Assembly (NCBI GenBank): GCA_012295275.1
Contig: CM022668.1
Span: 9,734,001 to 9,798,000 of the forward strand
Source: Chrysomallon squamiferum
Taxonomy: Eukaryota > Animalia > Mollusca
Direction of reading: 5' to 3'
DNA length: 64,000 nucleotides
Position numbers and translations under genes: made by a program. Shown in pieces: positions 34,530 through 49,348 of this stretch; position 1 is the stretch's first letter, and each line of letters opens with the position of its first letter. Under the pieces are notes generated by a model. That model did no database searches and had not been told where the DNA came from. It saw nothing but the letters and a program-made list of their open reading frames with translations.

Positions 34530-37246
34530 ATGGAGAAGAAGGTGATGTTGCGGAAGGAGATGAAACGCTGTGAAAGTGTGCCAACCTCTCCTCAACGCAG
34601 TGCTCCAGCGAGATCACAGACTCTTCCTGCCAATTCCCGTCTGTCCCCTGTTGTAGTTAATGGATCTAGTGGCAGCAGTGGTGGTGGGTTTTTCATGAAA
34701 CTAAAACGATGTTTGCGTTTAGGAAACAAAGGGCGTTACAGCATCAGTTCCATTCACAGCAAAAGTTCAAAACGAGGTGATTTGTCACTGGAAAGAAACG
34801 GCGACCAAACACCAACTACGTCGATGAGATATCTTCGACGAAATATTCCCGACAAAGAGGAAGTAGTCCTACTTCACAAAGGACCTAGAACATCAGACTA
34901 CGGCAAGGGAGATAGGTGTAAACTTCTGGAGTCAGTTTCAGAGGACACGATTGTTCATATTGTTTGTGACTCTCGGAATGACAAGTGTGAAGGTGCTGAG
35001 AAAATTAGTGTCGAAGAATCAGAAGAAAATGAAACTTTGGATGAAGTGGATGAGATGGATCCAGGCTATGAGACTCTGGATGAGATCAGAAAGAAGGTTC
35101 AGCTACAAATGAAGAAAAATTCAGCCTGTACTGACTTGAAGAATGTTCCAGAAGAACAGGTTGAAGTTCAAAAGAGTTCAAAAGTTCACATTTCAGGTCA
35201 GGGAAGTGAAGAAAGTTGTGTTCGAGATAGTGGAGTGACCACCCCACAGACAGACAGTCCAGACAGCTACAGAGAAAGTAACACTCAGAGTGTCAACAGT
35301 TCTGTGTTAAGTGAATCAACAGGGATTGCTGACGAGTCTGGAATTGAGGTAGATATGCTGGATTTAGACAACATAAATATGTTTGATCATCTTAACAATA
35401 CATCTTCTATTAACAAAATTCCACCAGAGCACCAGCAACGACACAATTCAGAGAGTTTTATTCAGAATGATTCTCAGATAATTGAAGAGGATCTGTATGC
35501 CAACCCAAAGGTTATTTCTCGGAAACGATCACAGAAACAGCAGCAGGCAGAGTCAGAGGCACCTCCACGCTTGAGTCTGGCAAGTCTGAAAGAAGATCAT
35601 TTAGATTTATCATTACCTGACAAGTCTGTCTCAGAAGGAGATGTTTCTGGAAATCCATGGCGAGGGTCATCAGAAGAATCTGACCAGTCAGCTCCACCCC
35701 TGCCAGAACGTAAATACACACTGATAAACACTGACCAGGAGGAAACATCTGAGCTGGAAACATTAGGTGCAGAAGGTTCTGGGAAGTGTGTTCACTCAGA
35801 AGCTAAAGCTGATGTTGAAACATCAGAAGAAAGCACTCTGGATGCTGTCAGTGACTGTGATGTTATCACAGACAATGAACTGGGTGATAAAGAGAATACT
35901 GAACCACTTGATGATGGTTACCAATCTATAAAAGATGTACAGGCTCAGAAAGTCAGTTCTTACCCATCTGAACCTCACTCTGAACAAACAAAACAAAATG
36001 TCTCTGAAAATACATTCAAGTTAGAGGATGATCAAATAATCATCCATGTCAGTGCTGAAAAGACAGAATCTGAAACAGTTTCAGTCAAAGTTGACCCACC
36101 TTTAGATTGTTCAAGACAACCTTCAGATTATCAAGAACCATTTCTAACTTGTGTAGAGCTAATTCAAAAGTGTCCAGACAATTCAAACCTGACACAAAGT
36201 GCTGTGATACTAAAAGAAAATAGTGTGAATGCTAACTCTGTAGATGAATGTGTATGTAAGAGCAAAAACCAAGTGATTTCATCAGAATTAAAAACAACTG
36301 ATAAAGAGATTTCATCAGAATTGAAAATAGGTGATATACAGATACCATCAGAATTAAAAGCAATGGATAAAAAGATTTCATCAGAATTAAAAACAACTGA
36401 TCAAGTGATTTCATCAAAAGTAAAAACAATTGATAAAGTGTCATGTGATCACACTCCGCCTGTTGAGAATGTGGCAAGCAGTGATGACTGTACACCAGGT
36501 GCCAAGGGTTCAAATCATGTCATAGAACACAAACAAGAGATGCTGAACAAAGCAACTGCTGTTGTGTTTGATGATGATGTTGTTGATGATGGAGGTTTTG
36601 ATGTAACGTTGCGAGAGAAGTCAAGCACTGGACAGCACAATGTTGTAGTGATTAAACTTCATGAAAGTGCACATGAAGATGCAGAGGAATCCAGCTTTAG
36701 TGACCTTGAACCTGTGCACTGCTCACATAGTGATCTCATGAATCAGCTGAAACACATAGTCACTGAGGCTGGTGGCTCTGGTTGCCATGGTAAAGATGCT
36801 ACTGGAAATGATGCTGCTACTGCATTGGATGTTTCAAGAAGTGGTCAGAGTGAGAACCGAAAGAAAGAAGAAGACTTTTTCTTTATCGATGATGAACCCA
36901 TTCACATGACATTAGAGGAACTACGGCAGCCACGTTGCCATAACGAATCCACATCTGTGATAGCATCGTCAGTTGCTCAACAAAACATGACTACATCAAC
37001 TTCAAACAACGTTTCTGTCTTTAGAAATGACATCCATAAAGACACATCGTCCAATGAACGTGAGTGTTATGTTATTCTTTTATTTTGTTACATATTTTTA
37101 AATCTCTCCCCAATTTCTCTCTCTCCTCTCTGAATATGGATATTAGTCTGAGTTTAGATATATATATATATATTTTTGTGTGTGTGTGTGTTTTGTTTAT
37201 CAGTGTGAAAAAGGTGAATGTGTAAGAGTGTGTGTGTGTGTGTGTG

Positions 37247-37281
<35 letters not shown>

Positions 37282-39416
37282 TTTTCACTGGTTCATATTG
37301 TTAGGTAAACATGTTCATATAGTTCATGGTTTTTCTTTATTTAATAATCTGTTTATATAATAAAAAATTTAGATATTTAATAATCTGTTTTTCTCTGTAA
37401 TTTATTGTAATGTTTTTATCTATATAATTATTTACTTATTTATTAAATGCTTGCAGAATTATTTCTAGCATGTTTTAATCTCGCATGAACATCTTTCTTC
37501 ATCTTTTTAATTTAATTTTTTTTTTAATTTTTTATCAGAATGACTCAAACATGATGAGTCAGTTTCTGCATTTCTTGAATCAAACTGTATAAATCTAAGA
37601 TAACATTACATAGATAATTCTCTACTAAAATTTATTTCCAGTTATCAAAAAAAAAAAGGATATCACCCAGCTTTATTTATACCTGATTATATTTTATTGT
37701 TATTACCTTATTTTATTAGCAGTAGATGAATATACACTATCATCATATTCATGGATTGTGTAAGGTATGAGGTCATTACACATTTATTCAGTAATAACAA
37801 TATTGATGATGATGATGACAACAACAATAATAATAGGATATATAAATTCAGTCATGTTTATTTATATTTTTTATTTTTTATTTTATTTTATTTTTTTTGA
37901 AAGAGAGAAGAATAAAAGATATTTTTTTTATGTAAATTTAATCTTGATTGAAACTGAATATTTTTCCAAAATAAAGGTAAAAAGAATTTTGTTTTAAGAG
38001 TTAAATTAATTTTGACATGCTGATAATAAATAAAAAAAAAAAAAAAAAAAAATAAACTATTTAGAAATTTTATCTTCTAGTGTTAATGAAAGAACTTAGT
38101 CAAATGTAATTAAAACAATAAAACAACGACAAAAAAGAACAGTATTTTATGAGTTAACGTATATTTAGTCAAGCTAACATTCCAGAAATAATAAAAAAAA
38201 AGGGAACCACAAAAAAAAAAAAAAAAAAAAAAAATTAGAATCTGCACCTAACAAGATAAATTATGTCACACTCTACTAACATTCATCTGGTTCTGGCAGA
38301 CAAGATGGCCTCTGTTAATTAGAAGATATGAGTTTGACCCTGTTGACTGACATGGCAGACTTAGCAGATAAGATAAAGCTTGACTTCAAACAGTCAAACT
38401 GTCTACTTAATAATATGTATACATACATACAGACTATATAGTCATGTAGCTATCATGGTATTTTCATCATTTTAATAGTTTAATAGTTTACTTATTTCTG
38501 TACTATCTGTGTGTGTATGTGTGGGTCTGTGAGTGTGTGTATGTGAGTATGTGTGTCTCTGTGTGTGTGGCTTTGAGTTTTGTGTTATGTCCCAGTGTGT
38601 GTGTATACGTTATTTATAACACAAGTTACATAGTCATTCACAACCAGCACTTTTATTTTAAATATAAAATCTATAAATATATCTTCTAATTTTTGTATTT
38701 GAAATGTGTAAAAGCATTTTTAACATAAATATAAAATATATATGTTCATATTATAATTTTTTAAATTTAAATATGTATCTTCATTTTTAACTTAAATATA
38801 AAATATACACCTGAATGTTCCTATATTTGTATTTTAGATATATAACTGCATTTTTAATTTAAATCTATAATATGCACATAAATTTTCCTATTTTTGTATT
38901 TTAAATACAAAATGTCATTTTTAAATTTAAATATAAAATATACACTTGCATTTTTTTAAATTTTTATATTTTAATTATGTATCATAGTTCATACTTGCTT
39001 TTTACTTTTTTAAATAATTTGAATTTGGTTTCTAAACTGAAAAACAAATCACAGTAACTATTATTTTAAAAAATAATAATAATAAAAAAAAGAAATTAAC
39101 AGGGCTAAATTTAAAGTTTTAACTTTGCTGTTTCAACGAGGAATTTGTATCACTCTGCACTCTGTTGTTTTACGTGATGACAAAGATGTTTAAATACACA
39201 CACAGCATGCAAGTTGTGTATTGACAGTGAAGTAAGTAATTAACACCTGGGAGGTGTGATATTCTCGTTTAACAGCAGGTGTAAATATCACCAGTAACTC
39301 ACCTTTTAACTGTGTCACAGTGTCTGTGTTTTAAAAGAAAATCATAATTAGATCGTAGCTTAATTAGTTTTATGTTAATTACATATGTATTACAAAATTT
39401 TGTGTTTATAAACAAA

Positions 39417-39462
<46 letters not shown>

Positions 39463-41336
39463 AATAATCATAATAAAAACAACAATTTTTAATACCTAAC
39501 TGTAGGAACAGTGTGTGTGCCTGTGTGTGTGTGTGTGGATAGATGAATTAAGTATGTGGGAGAGGTTATAACTTGTTGGTAGAGCACTGGTTTGAGTCTT
39601 AACAGATTGCAGCAGGATCAATCGTTATCAGTCCAGTACCTGAGTTATTTTCCAATCCAATCAGTTCTCTAATGTGGATGTTTTTCTAGGTTTTAAAATA
39701 ATAATAATAATAAATAAATGTTTACAATTGAATATTAAAAATATTTATTTTACTTTCAGTTTCTACCTCAGATTATCATCAAGCCTTTCTGGAAAGTATG
39801 GCTCAGCTTAAAGATGTGAGTAAAAATATTTGTATTTAATATCAGCAGTTAAATAAAATTAATATATTATTATTCATATCAATTAATCAATTAATATTAT
39901 GTAATTTATAAAAATTACTGAGTGATCGCATTAAGAAAGTTAAACAATATTTTTTGTTGAAGATAGCTGCTAGATTATCTTTTAATATAAAACAATGATT
40001 CTTGATAAGTGAGAGGTGTCTGCATATATTTAAAAACTGTGTTGAGCAATTTTTATAAACATCTTTATCATTCATGTTTTGTTTTTTTCTGTTTATTTTC
40101 TGGGGGTTTTGGGGGGTGTTTATTTTTTTATTTGTTGTTTTTGTTGTTTATTTTTTATTTTTATTTTTTTATTTTTTTATTTTTATTTTTATTTATTTTT
40201 TTATTTTTTTTTATTTATTTATGTATTTAGTCATATTATTTATATAGATATTTAAAGATATTAGTTATATACTTATTTACATACATATTCATTTACATTT
40301 ATCTATTTGTTTATATGTTTATTTATTTATCTGTTATTACTATTATTTATCTATTTTTATTTCCTCTATTATTCATTTATTTTTGTTTATTTACTGCTAC
40401 TCTTTATTGCTATTATTCATTTATTTTTATTTACTTATTTGTTACTGTTTATTGACTTATTAGTATTATTTATATTTATTTATTTTATTTTATTTATTTA
40501 TTTATTTATCTACTACAGTGTGGCTGGTACTGGGGACCACTCAGTTACAGTGAGGCAGAGTCCATGTTGATGGCAAAACCAGACGGATCATTTCTAGTGC
40601 GTGACAGCTCTAGTGAAAACTACATTCTAAGTCTGTCTTTCAAGTGTAGGGGGACTGTGTGTCACACTAGAATAGAACATCATAAAGGTAAGTGTAAAAT
40701 TAGTCAGTCAGAGAAAACTAGATACTAAGTTTATCTTCCGAGTGTGTCACACTAGAATAGAACATCATAAAGGTAACTGTTAAAATAGTTAGTGAAAATT
40801 AGATACTAAGTTTATCTTTCAAGTGATTGTGGATTGTGTGTCACACTAGAATAGAACATCATAAAGATAGATCTAAAAATGAGTTAACGAAAACTAGATT
40901 CTTTGTCTCTTTCAAGTATGGGGAGTGTATTTCACACTAGAGCATCATAAAGGAAAATTGACAAATTAGTAAGTTAGTGAAAACTAGGTTTTAAATCTTT
41001 ATTTCAAGTACATGGGAACTGTATCTCATACTAGACTAGGACATGTTAAAGGTAAACATACATTCTAAGAGTATCCTTCAAATTTGCAGGAACTGAAATT
41101 ACGTTGATGCTAGCAGTTGTTGATTTTATCAGTGCTATTGATACTTTTAACATTGTCTTTATAATTATCATTACTACTTCTAGTACTACTGCTATTACTA
41201 CTGTATTGTCAACATTATTTTTTTCATTACAATTTTTATTATTGTCATGACCATTTAAAATTATTGCTTTTATTATATTTTTGTTAATTATTATCATTCT
41301 TCTTCTTCTTCTTCTTCTTCTTCTTATTATTATTAC

Positions 41337-41390
<54 letters not shown>

Positions 41391-41734
41391 TATTTTCAGG
41401 TGTGTTCAGTTTTTTCTCGCAGCCAGAATCCCACGGCACGTCGACTATACGAAGGTTCATCGAGCAGGCCATCGAGTTCTCGCACACCGGTCAGTTCCTC
41501 TACTTCCTGCGTCCACTCATTCCCGGGTCCCCTCCGGTGGCCATCCAGCTCCTCTATCCAGTGTCCCGCTTCCTAAAAGTGCCCTCGCTGCAGCACATGT
41601 GCAGGTTTCTCATCCTGCGCTGGGTTCGAAGAGACCACATCGACAACTTGCCAGTTCCCGAGAAGGTGAAGAATTACTTACGAGAGCATCAGTATTACGT
41701 CGAGAGTCTGGAGGAGGAAGCAGTTGACAGCTGA
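34530..41734 (+). CDS. SOCS7: suppressor of cytokine signalling 7-like protein (long N-terminus, SH2 domain, SOCS box), about 1029 aa
   Basis: Exons 34530-37059, 39760-39815 (..FLESMAQLKD), 40519-40687 (CGWYWGPLSYSEAESMLMAKPDGSFLVRDSS..YILSLSF..HTRIEHHK) and 41400-41734 (GQFLYFLRP..QLLYPVSRFLKVPSLQHMCRFLI..DHIDNLPVP). Phases are consistent. The FLYFLR and QLLYPVSRF motifs fit the SOCS7/Socs16D clade. Confidence 0.9.
36270..36438 (+). repeat. coding 33-bp (11-aa) tandem repeat, about 5 units, in the SOCS7 N-terminus
   Basis: QVISSELKTTD / KEISSELKIGD / IQIPSELKAMD / KKISSELKTTD / QVISSKVKTID. Confidence 0.9.
39557..39670 (+). mobile_element. degenerate tRNA-derived SINE head
   Basis: A-box-like TAACTTGTTGGTAGAGCAC and B-box-like GCAGGATCAATC at tRNA-like spacing; no intact cloverleaf. 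Confidence 0.45.
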
Positions 41735-44700
41735 AATGTAGGAGCCAGGCGTTGATAGCTGAAATCTGGGAGCCGGGAGTTTGATAGCTGAAATTTAGGA
41801 GCCAGGTGTTCAGTGATTATTATGTGAACAAGAAGTCAGTGGTAGTACTGTAGGAGCTGTCTGAATTTTAGGAGCCAGAACTCAGCTGTAGATAGTAGAA
41901 ACAAATCCAAATACAGGAGCCAGGTGCAGTAGATGAAATATAGGAGCTACTAATTAGAACTGTAATGAATTAAGTGTGGAGTTACTTCAACATGTTAGTG
42001 TTTTTATTACATCCTAATGCTTTAGTGAATATGTGCTTGTGTTGAGTTGTTCAGTTGGACATACACATACAGTATATATCTATATCTATATATATTAAAA
42101 TGGTGATGATGATGTCTGCATGTACCATTGATCTTGAATCATAAAACCAAAAATGTTGTAAATCAGAAAATATCTTGAAATTTTTATTTTTTACATCTGT
42201 GAGATATAATACATCAAAGTGTTATTCATTTTTCTTAGAGTTTAGAATTTGATCCCGAGTTGACTTTCAAATACATTATTTTTCATTTTTTTAAATGGAT
42301 TTTTTAAAATAAAAGACTAACATATTTGTTTTCTTGTATATAAACAACATGTGGTTAATGAGAAAACAATTCTCAAAAAAATACAAAATTTTTTTTTTTA
42401 AAATGCTTGTTTATTTTATAAGATAAACAAACAACAAGAACATTTTTTATTTGTATTTGACCAATGGCCAGAAAAAAATAATTTAATTTTGTTAATTTCA
42501 CATAAGTATAATAACAGGTAAGAAAATAAATGTTTTATAGTTGAACCAATGAATGACAATAGTAAATTAAATTATTGACATCAAACTTGTTTGATTTTGT
42601 TATCAAACGTATTTAATTCCATAGACAAGTTTTAAATATTTTTAAAAGTATTTTATATCATATTATTGACAGAATAACAATATTTTGTACTAATTTCTTT
42701 CACCAACAGAAATAGAAAACAAATATTTTATAGTCGAATCACTGTGTTATGACAGTAAATTAAAATACAGACATCAAACTTGTTTGGTTTGGTTAACAAA
42801 CAAATGTTTGATTCTGTATACAGGATTTAAATATTTTTGTGGGTGACTCGTATCATAGAGAGAAAATCAGAGGCTTGAAGAGAGATAAGACAAATTATAT
42901 ATATAATTTTTTGTTTGTTTTGTTTTGTTGTGTGTGGTCTATCTTGTTTAATTAACAAATCGTTTTGATATGATTTTACTGACGGTTATTTATGTACATA
43001 AAAATGTTTTTATCCACATTTGTGTATTATTTAGTATGGTAATATGTACCATATGGCGTGTGTGTGTGTGTCTATATTTTTGTAAATTTTATTTATCGTA
43101 TGCATGTATATATGTTTTATATGTACATGTAGTTGTTCTTGTATAGGTAAAGTTACAAGACTGATTTATTGTGGTTTCTTTTAATTAGCTTTTTGGGTTT
43201 TAAGCGAAAGCAAAAAACAAAACGTTAATTGAAACAAGAGGTCATAGCATTTTTCAGTTTTGTTATAGATTGAATTTCATTGCTTTGAATAGTATTGTTC
43301 TGTGATGGAATAAATTTCATTGCTTTCAGCATAGGGGCATTTTTTTTTCAAATTATTTTTTTTTATTTATTTATTTTTAATTGTATTATTATTATAATTA
43401 TTATTATTTTTTTTTATATATATATATATATATATTTCTGAGAATTGTTTTTTTTTTTTTTTTTTTTTTTTTATATTTATTTTTATTTATTTCTTTCCTT
43501 TTCTTTGTTTGATGTTTATTAAAGTTTTGTGATTGACTGATAAAGGCCAGTAAAAAAAAAAAAAAAAAAGTGATTTAAATGATATTTAGAAAAGTAAATA
43601 TTCAGAAACTGGATTCAAACATGATTCATCATAAATGAGGATTTTGTGGAGAAAAAAATAAAATTGTATATAACAACTGACTGTAAAATGCAGTGGATAA
43701 AAAGGTTTTGACATGAGTTATGTTTCACTAAATAATTATCTACCTTTATAGTGCTATTACTGTTTTTTCAGTCTCTACAAGATAAATTATTTATTATTAT
43801 TTGTTATTCTTTCTTTCATGTAAAATGACTTAACACAATACAGTATCCAAGATTATTTATCTCATCTACAAACATATTGACAAATAAACTCACAGTAAAC
43901 AATACCATAAAAAATTATAAAATAATGGTCAGAGATAAAATTTAAAAATTTATCCAACAGGAAAATAATTATAATTTTTAATTTTAATCAGATTTTAACA
44001 AATTATGGTAAACAATTTACATGTTCAGACAAATTTATTAATTATGAAGTGAATATGATGTGAACATAGATGTAATAATTTGGGCAACAGTTAAATGTAA
44101 TAACTAAGATATATGTATACCATGTTGATATGACTTCCTTTCTTTAAACTTACACTTTTGTATATTATTATTATTATTATTATTATTCCAGTCAGAAAGG
44201 AATAATGTAAAGAAATGTATAAGTATAAATTCTATTTATTGTTTCATTTCACGTTACAGTGTGATGGTATGTGTTAATAATATATATATTTATTTTTTTA
44301 AATTTACATCACAGCAGTTGTAAAAGAAGAAAAACAAATATTTTTTTTTGATAATAATTTTGTTTTATTAATATATTTTTATATTTGTTAACATTTTTAT
44401 TTGTATTTATATTTTTTATTTTTTATTAACATTTTATTTATATTTCATAAATATTTTTTTTACACTTGTTTGAATGAGTGTTGACATGTAACAGGTAAAA
44501 TTAATTTTCTAGATATATCAAAAATATACTTTAAATAACAACAAACAAAACCAAAATAAAAATAAATAAATAAATAAATGCTCAAATTATTTTACTGCAG
44601 CAATCAAAGTTAACATTCCAAAAGAACAACATATAAATATAATTTTTAAGATAAACATAAAATTAAAAGATAAACAATATGTAAAACTAGATATTAGTTC

Positions 44701-45208
44701 ATTCATACTCGTACAATTGGGTAAACACAATAATTATAATACTTCATCATATACATATATACATATTCAAACGTATCTACATAAATATTCATACACACTC
44801 AAATGTGAGTTTGTATATATGTTTCTATGTATTTCAGATTGTTTGTGTGTGTGTGTAATATATATATATATATATATATATATAATTGTTTTAAAAAGAA
44901 TGTATCAAAAAGGCATCATGCATAAAACTATTTTCTGTATAAAATGTAAAACATGTAATGTTTGCTCAGTGTTCTTAACACCATCATCTATAATTCTTTT
45001 TATTAATAATTAATAATTTATTTATTAATAAAGCTTGAAATGTTAATCCAGGTTGATCCATATTTTTTTATGATCCTTGTTTTGTATATTTTTATTAAAA
45101 TATTTATTATTGTTACTGATATTATATTATTATTATTATTTTTAGTAACTCAAGAATAAATTAATATATAATGATAACAATTTTTTTTCTTAAGACAAAA
45201 TGTGATAT

Positions 45209-45255
<47 letters not shown>

Positions 45256-45749
45256 CAGCATCTTTTCCGATTTAAATTATGTAAAAACAACCAAAAATTA
45301 ATAGTCCATTTTACACTAAACACTTCAAGTATTTTTTCTGAAATGTGAAAACCAGCATAATTCTGTTACTTTATAATATGAAATGCATGTCCAAAAAGAA
45401 AAAGCAAAATAAATTCATTCTTTACATGAAATTTATATACATAAATTATATTTGTTAAATAAATTTTAGTTTCAGGCTAGAAGTAGAATATTTATGAAAT
45501 TAGCTTTAATTTTGAGAAGTAACAGCTTTTGTGTATGTTACATTTGTGTTTTTGTAATATAGAAAGTAGTTTGTTATTATGTATTTTTTTTTTTTTTTTT
45601 TTAAATTGTGATTTTTCTTAAAGGCTTTTGTGATAAACATTTGTCAAATTACATAATATTTAACATTTTAACAAAATATTATTATGTGCTCACTTGTTTT
45701 TGTTTGTTGTTTATTTTAAACGTGTGTAATTTGTAGAAGGGGCTGTAAA

Positions 45750-46420
45750 AGACATAGACATAAGATAAACACATGTAAAAACACTGACATAAGACATAGA
45801 CACATACAGTAATACTGACAGAGGCATAACACCAAGGTGTAAAAACACTGATATGGAAAAAAAAAAAGTGACACAAAATTAAAACAAATATGTAAAAAGC
45901 GTAACTTAGACATAATACAAAAATGTAGAAAACGTTTATGAAAAATCACAGTCATACTACAAACATTTAAAAACAGACATATACATAACATAAACAGTTA
46001 AGAACACCGACTTATACATAACATAAATAGTTAAGAAGACTGACATAGACAACACAAACGTAAAAATACTGACGTAGACCATAACAAAAATGTCGAAACA
46101 CTGTCATACATATAAAACGTGTAGAAAACACTGACATACACATAAAACGTAGAAAACACTGATATACACATAAAACGTAGAAAACACTGACATACATATA
46201 AAACGTAGAAAACACTGTCATATACATAAAACGTAGAAAACACTGACATACACATAAAACGTAGAAAACACTGACATACACACAACACAAACATACAGAA
46301 ACGCTGACATTGGACGTAATAAAAACATATAAAAACACTGACATAACAGCAAAATGAAAAACAGATAGAAAAAAAACACCAACAGGTAAAAACAGTGACA
46401 TAGACATAACAAAAACATGT
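45750..46420. repeat. minisatellite of about 28 bp (AAAACGTAGAAAACACTGACATACACAT)
   Basis: Near-perfect core units at 46110-46285, degenerating outward. Confidence 0.9.
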
Positions 46421-47443
46421 AAAAGTATATTAGAAATGGTTATGATGGACCTGATTTAATAAGTCAATATTTTTTCTTTTATCTGCTCACATGTGACAAA
46501 CTCCATTTTCAGATTACAAAAAAAAAAATTATCACCGAATCACTTACAAGTCTGTAGGCCACTCCCCAGACCCTCTTCCCAACATCAGCCTCATAGACTT
46601 TAGTGTACCTCTTCTTTCTGACATAGAACAAACGTGTGGAAGCTCTGACTGTGATAAATGTAAACTCGTAACATGTCTAGATAATAATTTAACTATGCAG
46701 TACGTGATACAAACATCAGCGTGTACGTAGATATATTTAGTTACTGATAAATGTATAAATAAATGTTATTATAATCATATATAAGCATATCAATCTAACT
46801 TTTAAACAAAACTATAAATTTAATAAATATCTGTCTGTTCTAAGCAAAGAAAAAAACACCCCAAAACCAAAAAAAAAACATTTATGCGAAAATATAATAG
46901 TATTTTAGAAGGGTATGAATATGTATTTCTTAGATTCGATTTAAATTACAGTTATTCTAATAATATCCTATTTAGTACTGAATTATCAGAAATAAAATAA
47001 TTTCTTATCTTAAATACAATTTTGTTTCACAAGAAAAAAAATAACATCACAATGATAATAGTGCCAAGAGTGTATTACGTCTGTCGTTTGTTCTTCGGAA
47101 CTCCTCGTTTAATCTCGACACTTACGAGACATCTACACTTTGCGCGTTAACTATTCAAGGATGGCAACTCTGGTTGGTTAATTATAGTAACCGAAAAACA
47201 TTGTATTGCGCGACGTGACATTTCTTCTGAAAATAAATAAATAAATAAATTTAAAAAATATGTATACGTTTCTTTCCGTCATTTATATTCTGTTAATGCT
47301 AAAAACAATAATCGAAACAGTTAGTAGTAGTAATAATTCTTGTTAGAGTATTTTATAAATGCGTACTCAAAGAAACCTATCTACTGCATGAATTTTGCTT
47401 TATTTAGTTTGTTTGTGTGTGTGTGTGTGTTACAGTTTTTTGG

Positions 47444-47496
<53 letters not shown>

Positions 47497-48328
47497 TTGT
47501 TTGCTGTTGAGAAAATTCCCTAATTAAAGTCTATTTAGCCATGTGCCCAATTTCAGCTAATAATAATAATAATAATAATAATAAAGAAATAATAAAATGA
47601 GTAACTGATTGATTTTAAAAATAAAATAAAAGTGGGTCTTTTGTCTTGCTAACTAATCGTTCATTGGCCTAAATTTACAAAAAAGTTTTGAAACAAAATA
47701 CTGAAGTACACAAAACATTTTGATCAGAGTTAATTAAACAAAAAATGAAACGTAATCCAAGCTGGTCCCTGGTCGGCAAAAACAAAATTATTTTATCAAC
47801 GTGTTATATTTATTATTAATATTATAAATTTTATTTTATTTTATTTTATTTATTTATTAATAATAGTAGTAGTAGTAGTACTTGTTGTTGTTCTTGTAGT
47901 TGTTTTTGTAGTAGTTGTTGTTACTTTGGTTTACTTATTTAGGGTTGTTAGGTCTCACATCGGAGTTAATTGTCTGACGTCACGTCGTACATGTCAGATC
48001 TAAAACAAAATCTAACTTCCGTAAGTGTGCCGCACCCAACGTAAATCCATGTTAGGCGTGCGGTACTGTAAGCATTTCTACGGTCATGTCGACTCATGAA
48101 TATTCTGTACACATTTTTTTCAGTATCCAGACCAAAACAAGTACGTCCTTTTGTTTTTATTTGCGATTTAAACGGTGCCGTTTCCGCCAGATGTCTGTAT
48201 GTCGTTTTTATGTAAAAAAAAAAAAAAACAAAAGAAATGACAGTGATACGAGACTTAAAAGTGGCTGGATACATATTTAAAGAAATATTTCTACATTTTA
48301 GTTCATTTGCTAAACTGACGAGTAAACA

Positions 48329-49317
48329 ATGAACTTTGTGAAAACGTTCAGCTTTTGTTTTCTGTTCTCGGTGGTAGCAACAGGTATGTTTTAGATGCTG
48401 TTTTCGTGCTACTTGTTATTATTTTCCGTTTACGTTGATTTCACATCGTTATTGGTCTCTCATTAGTTATTTAAATTTTGTTTTCTCTGTCTCATTTGCG
48501 TACGTGTATTTCATCTTCTGATTCTTTCTGCTCACATTTTTCTGCATGCTTCTCTGCATGCAACGCACGCACGCACACACACACAAGCCTGTTTATGCTA
48601 TAATCTGCATGTTTACAGAATGTACCTGTACAAACAAGAAAATAATTCACTTTTATATATTTATTTATCTAAAAGTTAACCTGCATTTCGTAACTAATCA
48701 TATAATAAATAAATAAATAAATAAATAAATAAAATATAATAATTGAAAAGAATTATATATATAAATTTTATTTTTTATTTTTTTTTATCAGTTCCTGTAA
48801 ACCCGAACAAATGTCAGCCACAAGCATACTGTTTTGCTGATCCATGTGTGGTTTCTACCTCAGAGTGCAGACACATCCCTGGAGCTGTGTGCAAGTAAGT
48901 TGTCAAACATCAGCCCAGTGCATGTGGTTTAGAGATCAGCGGTTTCTGCTAGTTAATAATATTAAAAATAACAACAACAACAACAATTGTGGAAACCGTT
49001 TTAACCGTTTTCCCCATTAGAACAGCTTTATGTTAAAATTTACTAGATATTAAATGTGATTTTTCAAACAAGGTCAATTAAAGTTTAAAAAATCAGTATC
49101 TGTAATTAACATTTAAAAGAAACCTGTGAAATTAAACTTATAAATCATGTCAAGATATCAGCTTTTACATTGTTCATCTCTCTATCTGTTTATCTACTTA
49201 TTTAATAAATTTATTGTTTTCCAAAAATCTTTCCTTGTGATTTTTTCCCCTCCTTTTAGTTTATTTCAATTATTTCAAGTTTTATATTGCTGAAATAGTG
49301 TTTGTTGGTTTGTTGGT

Positions 49318-49348
<31 letters not shown>

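Noticed and set aside
39557-39640. Possible tRNA gene
   Set aside because: A and B boxes are degenerate and no cloverleaf forms; treated as a SINE relic.
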